NCBI GenBank assembly: GCA_963828435.1
Contig: CAWHFG010000005.1
Coordinates: forward strand, 746,604-810,603
From: an uncultured Acidimicrobiaceae bacterium
GTDB taxonomy: Bacteria; Actinomycetota; Acidimicrobiia; Acidimicrobiales; Palsa-688
Direction of reading: 5' to 3'
Length of the DNA stretch: 64,000 nt
Shown one piece after another: positions 9,177 to 18,011 of the stretch. Numbering within the stretch: position 1 is the stretch's first letter; each line of letters begins with the position of its first letter. The translations under genes were made by a program, and so were the position numbers. Under the pieces are notes generated by a model. That model made no database searches. It saw only the letters and a program-made list of their open reading frames with translations, and was not told the origin of the DNA.

Positions 9177-10484
9177 TCAGACCAGCACGTCCTGGCCGGC
9201 GTCGATCCGCGCCAACCGTTCGTCGAGGTAGGCCCGCGCCGCTGACCTGCGGGTGGGAAGGTGCTGCGTCGGCCACAGCCCCGGTGCCGGCCGGTACTCG
9301 CGCAGGACCTGGCGCGCCACCACCGACTTGTGCACCTCGCTCGGGCCATCAGAGAAACCAACGACGAACTGGCGGATAAACATGTGGCCGAGCTCCAGCT
9401 CGGCCGATGTCCCGAGGGCGCCATGCACCTGGATGGCCCGGCCCACCACATCGTCGATCAGCTTCGGTGCCGCTGCCTTGATCGCCGAAATATCCTTCCT
9501 GACCCTCAAATAGTCCTGGAATTGATCGATCTTCCAGGCGGTCTGCAGGACGAGCAGCCGGAACTGCTCGATCTCGACCCACGAGTCGGCCACATATCCC
9601 TGCACGAACTGCTTCTCGGCGAGCAAGGAGCCTTTCGTACTCCTGCTCAGCGCCCGTTCACACATCATGTCGAACGCCCGCTGGCACATGCCGATCGTGC
9701 GCATGGCGTGATGGACCCTTCCACCCCCCAGCCGGGTCTGCGCCACGACAAAGGCCTGCCCGGGTTCGCCCAGGCGGTTGGCGTCAGGGACCCGCACGTT
9801 GTCGTAATGGATCAGGGCGTGCGAGCCTTCCTCCTCGGGATCCCCGAAGACCGGGATATTCCGGACGATGTGGACGCCCGGAGTCTCCCGCGGCACGAGA
9901 AACATCGTCATCCCCTGGTACGGACCAGCGTCAGGGTCGGTCACCGTCATGACGATGAGAAATGAGGCCCAGCGGGCGTTCGAGGAGAAGAACTTCCAGC
10001 CATCGATTATCCACTCGTCCCCGTCCCGCCTGGCCTGCACCTGGAACGTGCCGGGATCTGAACCCCCTTGGGGCTCGGTCATCGAGTAGCAGGAGACGAT
10101 CTCGCCGTCGAGCAGCGGCTGCAGATAACGCTCCTTCTGCTCGTCGGTGCCGAAATGAGCCAGGATCTCAGCATTCCCGGTGTCGGGAGCCTGGGTGCCA
10201 AAAATTCGGGGGGCCCAGGTGGAGCGGCCCAGGATCTCATTCAACAGGGCCAGCTTCAGCTGTCCGTAGCCCCGCCCGCCGAGCTCGGGGCCCAGGTGGC
10301 ACGCCCAGAGCTCTTCTTCCCGCACCCGCGCTTTGAGCGGAGCCACCAATTTGCGCTGCTCCTCGGTCGGCGGCTTGTAGTTGTCGTGGGGCCAGATGAG
10401 GTCGAGGGGCTCCACCTCCGTGCGCACGAAATTCTGCCGCCCAATCCAGCTTCTCTTGAAACTGCGGCTCCGGTGAAAAGTCAT
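9177..10484 (-). CDS. acyl-CoA dehydrogenase family protein (ACAD10/11-like)
   Basis: YSMTEPQGGSDP, LGGGRVHHAMRTIG and the C-terminal FSDGPSEVHKSVVARQVL. Confidence 0.8.
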   Translation of the reverse strand: MTFHRSRSFKRSWIGRQNFVRTEVEPLDLIWPHDNYKPPTEEQRKLVAPLKARVREEELWACHLGPELGGRGYGQLKLALLNEILGRSTWAPRIFGTQAPDTGNAEILAHFGTDEQKERYLQPLLDGEIVSCYSMTEPQGGSDPGTFQVQARRDGDEWIIDGWKFFSSNARWASFLIVMTVTDPDAGPYQGMTMFLVPRETPGVHIVRNIPVFGDPEEEGSHALIHYDNVRVPDANRLGEPGQAFVVAQTRLGGGRVHHAMRTIGMCQRAFDMMCERALSRSTKGSLLAEKQFVQGYVADSWVEIEQFRLLVLQTAWKIDQFQDYLRVRKDISAIKAAAPKLIDDVVGRAIQVHGALGTSAELELGHMFIRQFVVGFSDGPSEVHKSVVARQVLREYRPAPGLWPTQHLPTRRSAARAYLDERLARIDAGQDVLV

Positions 10485-10546
10485 AACCCATTGCTGCCTC
10501 CATGTCCAGGTGTCCGTACCGATGGTAATGCCTTAGTTGACCCGTC

Positions 10547-10560
10547 TCTAACTAGTGTCA
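10547..10560. promoter_or_regulatory. candidate TetR (KstR-like) operator TCTAACTAGTGTCA
   Basis: It lies in the divergent ACAD/TetR intergenic region. It matches the published KstR motif TnnAACnnGTTnnA at all but one specified position. It is flanked by the inverted pair GTTGAC (10536-10541) / GTCAAC (10557-10562). Confidence 0.3.
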
Positions 10561-10684
10561 ACCCACTGGTGAGACAGCGCCCCGGTCCGGGCCGGCTTCG
10601 AGCTGGTCGGGCGGCGTCCACCACGGGGCCGGGACGACAGCTGGAGGCCACGACGGTTGGGCCTCGGTGCGTTACCATCGTCCC

Positions 10685-11386
10685 ATGGCAACCGCCGGGA
10701 ACGCGGGCCGGGCCGGCGGGCCCCGCCGGGCGACATTCGAACGTTCTCGGTCAGTGCAAACGAAGCGGGCCCTCGTGCTCGCGGCAACGTCGCTCTGGCG
10801 GGTCAACGGCTACGACCGTACTGCCGTGGCGGACATCTGCCAGGCCGCCGGGGTATCGAAAGGACTCTTTTACTTCTACTTTGAACGCAAGGACGACCTT
10901 CTCTACGAGATTGGTCTCTTCTCCTACGCGTCTGTGGCGCGCCAAGCGGATCGGCTCCTTAAAGGGGACTACGAGGTCGTGGCCGTGATGCGGTCCATGC
11001 TCGAGTCGTTCGAGCGCGACATGCGGCGGAACCCTGGCGAGATCGTCGTCCGCGCCATCCTGGAGGGATACCGCCGCCTGGCGCAGGACCGGGACCGCTA
11101 TGACCAACCCCCACCCATGCTCCAGGTCGTGCTCGAGCGAGCCGTACGGGACGGGAAGCTCCCGGCCCACTTCGATGTCACCGCGATGGCCCGGATGAGC
11201 CAGATCGTGATCAGCGAAGGGGCCCGGGTATGGGCATCAGGCCTATCCGACAACCCGTCCTTCGCCGATGAAGTCCTGTATCAGCTCGTCGTGATGCTCC
11301 GGGGCGCGGCCCAGGAGCCGTCGGCCCCTCTCAACGGGGGCGTAACCCGAAAGGCTCGGGTCTCACGAGCACCCCGGCGGGCCTGA
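10685..11386 (+). CDS. TetR family transcriptional regulator
   Basis: HTH region YDRTAVADICQAAGVSKGLFYFYFERKDDLL. The start is ATG 10685, or GTG 10667 as in the track. Confidence 0.8.
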   Translation: MATAGNAGRAGGPRRATFERSRSVQTKRALVLAATSLWRVNGYDRTAVADICQAAGVSKGLFYFYFERKDDLLYEIGLFSYASVARQADRLLKGDYEVVAVMRSMLESFERDMRRNPGEIVVRAILEGYRRLAQDRDRYDQPPPMLQVVLERAVRDGKLPAHFDVTAMARMSQIVISEGARVWASGLSDNPSFADEVLYQLVVMLRGAAQEPSAPLNGGVTRKARVSRAPRRA

Positions 11387-11430
11387 GTGCCTTTACCGCC
11401 AGGGGAGCCTTTTGCCAATGGGGGCCACTT

Positions 11431-12689
11431 TCAGGCGATGATGCCGTTGCGCCGGGCATCGTCGACGAGGTCCCGACTGACGCCGTGCTCGGCCAGAACT
11501 TGTCCGTGTGCTCACCGAGTTGTGGTGCGATACCCGGGACGACGGGAGACCGGTCGTGCTGGACCGGCGCGGGAATGATCGGTACCTCCCCGCCGACTCC
11601 AACATCGGTCCGCTGGACGTAGGCGTTGGCGACAGCCTGGGGGTCCGCGCCAGCTCCCCCAGGCGCTGGGCGACGTCCCACTGGCCGTCCTGCTGGATGA
11701 GCCGGGTGCGCCATTCTGCCAGCGGACGCTCTGCGAAGATCCGGTCCAGCGTCTCGACGCACGCCTGGCAATGGCGGCCCCGGTCCTCAGCCGTGAGGAA
11801 CCGTGGGTCCCCGGCCAGCTCTGGATGCCCAATAGCGTCGCAAAAGCCAGCCCAGTATTTCTCGGGCTGCAGCATGCCGAGGGCGACCACCCGATTGTCG
11901 GACGTCCGGTACAGGGCGGAAAGCGGATTCTGGCCCAGCGCCCGTTCTGCGGCGCGTCCCGGTCACGTCGGCCTTTGCGATCGATGACGCCGCGACCCCC
12001 GGGGCCATAGCCCAAAGGGACGTAGCGAGAAGGGAACCGTCGACGACGCTGCCCCGACCCGTCCGCGCCTTCCTCGCCAGGGCGGCGGCAATCCCGCCAG
12101 CCAGGGTCATCCCGCTCAACGTGTCACCAAAGCCGCCAACCGGCATGCCGAGCGGCCACTCCTCGCCAGGCGGCGTGACCGACTCCCCGACGCCTCCTCG
12201 ATACCAGAACGTAATACCGTCGTAGCCACCACGATTCGCATCGGGCCCGACGTATCCTTGCCCGCTGCCGATGGCGTACACGATCTCCGGGTTGTGGGCC
12301 CGAATATGGTCGACGTCGATCTTGAAGGCCTGGCGCGTCTCCGGAAGCAGACTCACCAGGAAGACGTCGGTGTCCTTCACCAATTCGTACAAGAGCCCCT
12401 GACCTTGCTCCCGCCGGAGGTCGATGGCAATGCTCCGTTTCCCGCGGTTGTACAAGCCCCACATGAACGAGCCTGCCGCAGTCGGCGGAATGCCGCCCCA
12501 CGTCAGGGTTCGAAGCGGGTCACCATGCGGTGATTCGACCTTGGTCACGTCGGCACCCCAGTCCCGGAGCACGACCCCGGCCGCCGGAACGTAGACCCAC
12601 ATGGCGACTTCGACCACCCGGGTGCCGGCCAGCGGGCCGTCCGCACCCGGGCCCGAGCCGGTTTCCGTTGGGACGGTGTCCTCGCTCAT
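11431..12689 (-). pseudogene. family III CoA-transferase (CaiB/BaiF-like) split by three frameshifts
   Basis: Starts at ATG 12689 (MSEDTVPTETG...GTRVVEVAMWVYVPAAGVVLRDWGADVTKVE). The reading continues across three frames: ...NPLSALYRTSDNRVVALGMLQPEKYWAGFCDAIGHPELAGDPRF..., then DPQAVANAYV...APQLGEHTDK, then VLAEHGVSRDLVDDARRNGIIA, with the stop at 11431-11433. The junctions are near 11950, 11648 and 11490. Confidence 0.75.
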
Positions 12690-12702
12690 CGGGGCACCGT
12701 GC

Positions 12703-13530
12703 TCATCGCCACCTGAACTCCGCGTCTCGCCCGGCACGAAATGCCTTGCTCGCTTCGACAAAGTCGTCCGTCCGGGAAGCAAGCACCTGGGTCCGGTTCT
12801 CGAGGTCGATCGAGGCGCTGAGGCCGGGGATTTCCAGCGTGGTCCACATGACCTGCTTCGTCATCATCACACCGAACGGTGAGTTTCGCACGATGAGCCG
12901 GGCCGCCTCCAGCGCCCTCTCAACCACCCTCCCATCCTCAACCACTTCCAGGACGATGCCCATGTCCCGGGCCTCGGCCGCGCCCACGATCCGCCCGGTC
13001 AGGAGCAAGTCACTCGCGTAGCCCCGCCCTACCAGTCGACTCAGGAGCCAGCTCGTCCCCATATCGCACCCCGAGAGCCCGATGCGAACAAATGAAGCCA
13101 CGAATACTGCCGACTCTGCCGCGTAGCGCAGATCCGCGGCCAGGGCAAGTGTGAATCCGCCGCCCGCGGCCGGACCGTTGACTGCGGCGATGATGGGCTG
13201 CGGGAGGGATCGCATTCTCAGCGTCACGGCCGAGTAGGCGGACTGGACCTCGAAGGTGGCGACCGGGCCTCGGTCCCACGATGCCGGGACGCCCGATGCA
13301 TCACTACCCCCACGGATGTCGTTTCCCGCGCAGAATCCTCTTCCCCCACCGGTAAGCACGACCACCCGGACATCTCGATCCTCCGCAGTGTGATCGAGGC
13401 ACCGGTGCAACTCCTGCATGTCGGCCAACGAGAAGGCGTTGAGCCGCTCGGGGCGGTTCAGCCGAATGAGCCGGATCCCTTCGCCCGCGTCTTCTTGCTC
13501 CACGTAGGGGGACGGGGCTGACTCGGCCAC
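12703..13530 (-). CDS. enoyl-CoA hydratase/isomerase
   Basis: GTG 13530 is preceded by AAGGAGG; the track ORF is over-extended to 13839. Motifs: IRLIRLNRPERLNAF and VVVLTGGGRGFCAGNDI. Confidence 0.8.
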   Translation of the reverse strand: MAESAPSPYVEQEDAGEGIRLIRLNRPERLNAFSLADMQELHRCLDHTAEDRDVRVVVLTGGGRGFCAGNDIRGGSDASGVPASWDRGPVATFEVQSAYSAVTLRMRSLPQPIIAAVNGPAAGGGFTLALAADLRYAAESAVFVASFVRIGLSGCDMGTSWLLSRLVGRGYASDLLLTGRIVGAAEARDMGIVLEVVEDGRVVERALEAARLIVRNSPFGVMMTKQVMWTTLEIPGLSASIDLENRTQVLASRTDDFVEASKAFRAGRDAEFRWR

Positions 13531-13699
13531 GACACCTCCTTGGTCCGGGCGGTGACCTGCGGGATCAGGGTCTTGGTCCTTTGTCCGTGTCAACGCCAAC
13601 CCGTCCGGGACCGCGTCGCGATGACGCTCGCCCTGGATCCTAGACCGGGACGCGGCCGGGAAGCTCCTCGACGCGGTCAACACGGCTGGCTCCGACCGG

Positions 13700-14521
13700 T
13701 CATTCCGACTTTTCATGGCGCTGACCGCGGGTGGCCCGGAACTGCTCGATGGCCATACCGATTTCCCCGCTCTGGGCAGCCAGTGTCTGGGTGCGGTTCT
13801 CGAGCAGCAGCGTGGACTCGAAACTGGACCCTGGTCCACCCCCGGCGGTGATCATCTCCTTGGTGAGGCTGACCGCGAACGGCGGGTTGGCGAGGATCAG
13901 TCGGGCCAGATCCACCGCCGCCGGGATCGTCTCCGATCCGGCCACGACTCGATTCACGATCCCCCACCGTTCCGCCTCCAGTGCGTCCAGCGTGCGACCA
14001 GTAAGCAGCAGTTCCGCAGCTCGACCGCTACCAACCAAACGCGGCAGGAAATAGCTGAGACCCATCTCTCCCCCGGATAAGCCGATCTTCACGTTCGCTA
14101 CCACGAATACGGCGTCCGTCGACGCCACCCGCAGGTCCGCGGCCAGGGCCAGAGCAAAACCGCCGCCGGCCGCGGGACCGTTGACCGCGGCCACCACCGG
14201 CACCATGAGACTGCGCAGGTGGGAGACCAGCGACCCCCAGCGCTGCTGATCCCGGTATTGCCAGACGACGCGGCCCTCGTCGGAATCAGAAGCGGCCACC
14301 TCGCTCGCCATGTCGGACTGCAGATCGAACCCGGCGCAGAAACCCCGGCCGGCGCCGGTGAGAATGACTGCCCGGGCCGTGCGATCGGCCGCCAACTCGT
14401 CCACCTTCGAGTGGAGAACCTCGACCAACTCGGGCGTGATGGCGTTGAGACGTTGCGGGCGGTTCAGGGTGACCAGCTTGATGCCCGCCTCGATCTCCGA
14501 CAGTTCGACGATCTCACTCAT
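13700..14521 (-). CDS. enoyl-CoA hydratase/isomerase
   Basis: IKLVTLNRPQRLNAI and AVILTGAGRGFCAGFDL. Confidence 0.85.
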   Translation of the reverse strand: MSEIVELSEIEAGIKLVTLNRPQRLNAITPELVEVLHSKVDELAADRTARAVILTGAGRGFCAGFDLQSDMASEVAASDSDEGRVVWQYRDQQRWGSLVSHLRSLMVPVVAAVNGPAAGGGFALALAADLRVASTDAVFVVANVKIGLSGGEMGLSYFLPRLVGSGRAAELLLTGRTLDALEAERWGIVNRVVAGSETIPAAVDLARLILANPPFAVSLTKEMITAGGGPGSSFESTLLLENRTQTLAAQSGEIGMAIEQFRATRGQRHEKSE

Positions 14522-14760
14522 CCTGCTTCCTTCCCTCTCAACCGGCCTCGACCGGCCTTGACCTACCCGCTCCGACCCGAACGCCGAACCCGGGCAGCTC
14601 TTCAGGTCCGACCGGCTCGATCAGTCTCCTGGCGAATCCCAACCCTGACGAACGCCCGGGCTCCTCTATGGTGCCACAAGCACCGGAAGCCATTGGTCTC
14701 CGATGATCAATACGGGTAGGACAGAGACCGGCGGGCTGGAGCTCCCTGTAGGTGGGTCCG

Positions 14761-14776
14761 GTGTCCATGTGTCCAT
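14761..14776. repeat. tandem 8-mer GTGTCCAT x2
   Basis: Read directly from the sequence: gtgtccatgtgtccat. Confidence 0.9.
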
Positions 14777-14780
14777 ATCA

Positions 14781-14808
14781 GACAGTTGACAGTTGACAGT
14801 TGACAGTG
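14781..14808. repeat. tandem heptamer GACAGTT x3 + GACAGTG (three TTGACA hexamers at 7-bp phase)
   Basis: Read directly from the sequence: gacagttgacagttgacagttgacagtg. Confidence 0.95.
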
Positions 14809-14829
14809 GCAAAGCGGATGTTTTGCCAC
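14806..14829. repeat. perfect 8-bp inverted repeat GTGGCAAA-N8-TTTGCCAC
   Basis: Read directly from the sequence. It overlaps the last heptamer copy. Confidence 0.9.
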
Positions 14830-15255
14830 CTGAAAGGCCGGCCACCCTGGCGCCCGCCTGGCGCTTTTCTCTGGCGCTCCTCGACTTTTGGGACTTCTAC
14901 TCACTTTTGGTCAGATAGCCACACCTGGCGTGGTTTTTGGACCAAAGGTGGACAGATTTCCCAAAAGTGGGGGCCAGGGCAAGGACCGTTGCGTCACCCC
15001 CGGGGCTGCCACGGCAACGGGTGACATGGGTCAATTTGAAGCGCGATTGTACGCCGTGCGCCGTGACTCACACCCCCGGTGCGGCTCCCTCAGGCAACGC
15101 AGGCAGGAGCCGGGCCGAGCGGGTATCCGTCAACTAATATAGACGATTTGTGATCGTGTAGGGTGCACGGTGAGACCGGGGCGCCCGGACTCTGGAGTTG
15201 TACCATCGGACTACTGGGCCTGCGGGCCCCTGTCAGCGATCGGAGAGGGGATGGG

Positions 15256-16632
15256 GTGGGCGTGAGCCCGGCAGGACCGGTACGACTGCTGGCGAACTGT
15301 GTGGTGGGATTGGGGTTCTCCCGTCGCGGCTTCCGGCTGGGCCTGGAGCGGGAGCCTCACACGATCGGGTGCGACGCCGGCAGCGCTGATTTCGGGCCCG
15401 GCTTCTTGGGAAGTGGGCGAGACCCCAAGTCTCGCCTGTCGGTCGAGAGGGACCTGAGCATCATGATCCAGGGTGGCAAGGAAGTCGGGGCCCCGGTCGT
15501 CATCGGCTCGTGCGGGGGAGCCGGCGGGCGTCCTCATCTGGACGGCTTCCGCCATATCGTCACCGACATCGCCCGCGAGCACGGGCTGCGCCTGAGGATT
15601 GCGCTGGTCCACGCCGAGCAGGACAGGGCCGATATCCACCGGGCCCTCGATGAGGGTCGGATCCACCCGCTGGGTCCTGTCCCCCCGCTCACCCACCAGG
15701 CCATCGATGCCTCAACCCGGATCGTGGGCATGGCGGGAGCAGGTCCCATCGTCACAGGCCTGGACGCAGGGGCGGACGTGGTCCTGGCGGGACGGTGTGC
15801 GGATCCGGCTATCTTCGCCGCTACCCCCCTCCGCCTCGGCCTCCCCGCCGGACCGGCCTGGCATGCAGCCAAGAGCATCGACAAGGGCTATCTGGCCACC
15901 ACCTCACCGCAACACGGCTCTCCGGTCCTCGCCACGGTGGACACCGACAGCTTCACGGTCGAACCCATGCTGCCCGAGGCGGTCTGCTCAGTACAGTCCG
16001 TCGCTCGCATTACCATGCACGAAAACCCCGACCCCCACGCCATCACCCTTCCGACCGGAGCCATCCTGACGGCAGGGGCCCGCTACGAGCAGCTGGACCC
16101 GCGCCAGGTGCGGGTGACCGGGAGCGAGTTCGCCTTGACTGCGACGCCTTCCATCAAGCTGGAGGGGGCGTCGCTGGTTGGCTACCGCTCCGTCATGATC
16201 GCAGGCATACGGGATCCTCGTCTGCTTGAGCGCTTCGACGACTTCCTCAGCGCCTACCGGGCTCTGCTGGAAAAGGTCGTGGCGTCCATCGGAATTCGAC
16301 CGGAACAGTGGTCCGTCCGTTTTCGGCCCTACGGTCATAACGCCGTCCTCGGCCCGGTCGAGCCGCAGGCCGGTACGGATATGCACGAAGTCGGACTCGT
16401 CGTCGACGTCGTAGCCGAAACCGAGCAGATCGCCGCTGCCGTCTGCGGCCGAGCCGGGGCCACCGGGTCTCGGCTTGACATCACCGGCCAGCTCGGTGGT
16501 GGGGGAAACTTTGCCTATCCCTTCTCGCCGAACGTTCTCTCCGGGGGACCCGTGTACGAATGGTCCGTGTGGCATATCCTCGAGGTAACGGACGAGGGCG
16601 ACCCTTTCAGACTGGAAGTCATCGACATTTGA
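15256..16632 (+). CDS. AtuA-like (acyclic terpene utilisation, DUF1446) family protein
   Basis: GTG 15256 or 15262 follows GGAGAGGGGA. The family pattern is IGCDAGSADFGPGFLGSG...VVIGSCGGAGG...DVVLAGRCADPAIFA. The track ORF 15163.. is over-extended. Confidence 0.7.
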   Translation: MGVSPAGPVRLLANCVVGLGFSRRGFRLGLEREPHTIGCDAGSADFGPGFLGSGRDPKSRLSVERDLSIMIQGGKEVGAPVVIGSCGGAGGRPHLDGFRHIVTDIAREHGLRLRIALVHAEQDRADIHRALDEGRIHPLGPVPPLTHQAIDASTRIVGMAGAGPIVTGLDAGADVVLAGRCADPAIFAATPLRLGLPAGPAWHAAKSIDKGYLATTSPQHGSPVLATVDTDSFTVEPMLPEAVCSVQSVARITMHENPDPHAITLPTGAILTAGARYEQLDPRQVRVTGSEFALTATPSIKLEGASLVGYRSVMIAGIRDPRLLERFDDFLSAYRALLEKVVASIGIRPEQWSVRFRPYGHNAVLGPVEPQAGTDMHEVGLVVDVVAETEQIAAAVCGRAGATGSRLDITGQLGGGGNFAYPFSPNVLSGGPVYEWSVWHILEVTDEGDPFRLEVIDI

Positions 16633-16958
16633 TGGCCACGCTCCGCCAATTGGCCGAGACCGTCAAGAGCGCCAACGCGGGCGCGTCCTGGCTCACCTTC
16701 GATATTGTGTTCTCGGACGCCGCTCGTCTCCAGGAGGTCTGGGACACCGAGGTGGTCGGATCCGCGTTGTTCGCCCAGCTGTATCGGGTCGACGCCGACT
16801 CGGTCCGCGTATTCAGGTGCGATCCCATCAACACCATTAAAGTGACCATACCCCGGCGGTCCGGCATGGGGGGGCCGGACGAAACTGACTTCGACGGCGT
16901 GCAGCAGTTCGCTCCGCTGCTCGACGTTGAGGTGCCGCTCCCGCCAGACATCGGCTAA
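16632..16958 (+). CDS. DUF4387-like small partner of AtuA
   Basis: ATG 16632 overlaps the AtuA stop (TGATG). 108 aa: MATLRQLAETVKSANAGASWLTFDIVF... This pairing is usual for AtuA-family genes. Confidence 0.6.
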   Translation: MATLRQLAETVKSANAGASWLTFDIVFSDAARLQEVWDTEVVGSALFAQLYRVDADSVRVFRCDPINTIKVTIPRRSGMGGPDETDFDGVQQFAPLLDVEVPLPPDIG

Positions 16959-16979
16959 ACCCGCCAGACATCAACTAAA
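16940..16979. repeat. imperfect tandem duplication, 20 bp x2 (18/20 identical), spanning two convergent stop codons
   Basis: cccgccagacatcggctaaa / cccgccagacatcaactaaa. The first copy holds the TAA of the DUF4387 gene. The second copy holds the stop of the GntR gene on the other strand. Confidence 0.9.
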
Positions 16980-17771
16980 GAGATCGACCACGGTCATTTT
17001 CCCGTAGTCGCGGAGGAGATACCCGCCCGCGACGACCATGTGTTTTCGCCAAAAGGCTTCCGCGGCAGCACCGTCTCTGGCCTCGATCAGGGAGACGAGC
17101 CTCCGATGAGCTTTGAGCCCGGTCCGATTATCCGACAGGCGCTGTTCGCGAGAATGCTTGGCGCCCACCTCCACCACCAGATGGCGCTCAAAAATCGATG
17201 CCAGCATTCGCGCCACCACAGCCAGCGTGGCGTTGCCGGACCCATCGACGACCAGCTGATGAAACCGGGCCGCATGGGACGCATACTCGCCCCGATCAGC
17301 CGCGATGGCCTGCTCTTCGATCTCGAGGCAGTCCTTGAGATCGCGCAGCTGGCGGGCCGTGCGATGCTCGGCGCAAGCGCGAGCCATCGGTGGCTCGATC
17401 ACCTTCCGGGCCTCATAGACGTCCCCCAGGGTGGTACCCATCACCTGAAGCAGCAACCCGGTGTAGTTGGCTGCCACCGACACATCCGGCAGGTGGACGC
17501 GGGCTCCGCCGCGAGCTCCCCGGCTAACCGTGATGAGGCGCTCTGATTCCAGGATGCGAAACGCCTCCCTAAGGGTTGGCCGGGAGACGCCGAAATACTG
17601 CATGAGCTCGGACTCAGGTGCCAGCGGCTCGTCCTGTGAGATCTCACCTCGCACGATCTGGCGTCGCAGTTCGCCCGCGACCAGCTCGGCCGCCTTCGGA
17701 ACCCTGACCGCGGCGGGGCTGGGCTCCCGGTGGCGACCGGGTCGGGGCGACGCCGTCTGTGGAGTGGTCAT
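16971..17771 (-). CDS. GntR family (FadR/FCD-type) transcriptional regulator
   Basis: wHTH region LAPESELMQYFGVSRPTLREAFRILESERLITVSRGARGG, plus a helical C-terminal domain. Confidence 0.8.
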   Translation of the reverse strand: MTTPQTASPRPGRHREPSPAAVRVPKAAELVAGELRRQIVRGEISQDEPLAPESELMQYFGVSRPTLREAFRILESERLITVSRGARGGARVHLPDVSVAANYTGLLLQVMGTTLGDVYEARKVIEPPMARACAEHRTARQLRDLKDCLEIEEQAIAADRGEYASHAARFHQLVVDGSGNATLAVVARMLASIFERHLVVEVGAKHSREQRLSDNRTGLKAHRRLVSLIEARDGAAAEAFWRKHMVVAGGYLLRDYGKMTVVDLFS

Positions 17772-17940
17772 CGTGCTTGCCTCCCGAAACCGTCACCACG
17801 TCACAACGTCACACACCGTTGACGTCCTGATCTCATTCGCGGCCGTTGATTGAGTTGATTCATCAGACTAGCAACCCGGGGCATCGCTACGAGCGAACAG
17901 CCACACGGGCCGCGCCGAGCGGCCCCGCCTCGGCGGCGGC

Positions 17941-17970
17941 TTGACGACCCGGACCGGGTATCAGTACAAT
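17941..17970 (+). promoter_or_regulatory. candidate sigma-70-type promoter for the transketolase-like operon
   Basis: TTGACG (17941-17946), an 18-nt spacer, then TACAAT (17965-17970), about 40 nt upstream of the TTG/GTG start. The -10 region overlaps a TCAGTAC motif that also occurs in triplicate at 55413-55436. Confidence 0.35.
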
Positions 17971-17986
17971 CCGTTATACATTTCGG

Positions 17987-18010
17987 AGGATCAGGGGACA
18001 GGATCAGGGG
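17987..18010. repeat. direct repeat AGGATCAGGGG x2 (SD-like), separated by AC
   Basis: Read directly from the sequence, immediately 5' of the transketolase C-subunit start. Confidence 0.9.
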
Positions 18011-18011
18011 T

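Noticed and set aside
14781-14808. Three phased TTGACA hexamers as three stacked -35 promoter elements.
   Set aside because: No TAnnnT-type -10 hexamer lies 16-19 nt downstream of any of them; the candidate positions read ggatgt and ttgcca. I report the array only as a repeat or possible operator, not as a promoter.
14800-15142. Track ORFs 14800-15024 (74 aa), 14888-15142 (84 aa) and 14937-15137 (66 aa) as small proteins in the long intergenic region.
   Set aside because: They overlap one another in different frames, are Trp/Arg/Gly/Pro-rich, lack ribosome-binding sites, and show no G/C third-position bias comparable to real genes here.
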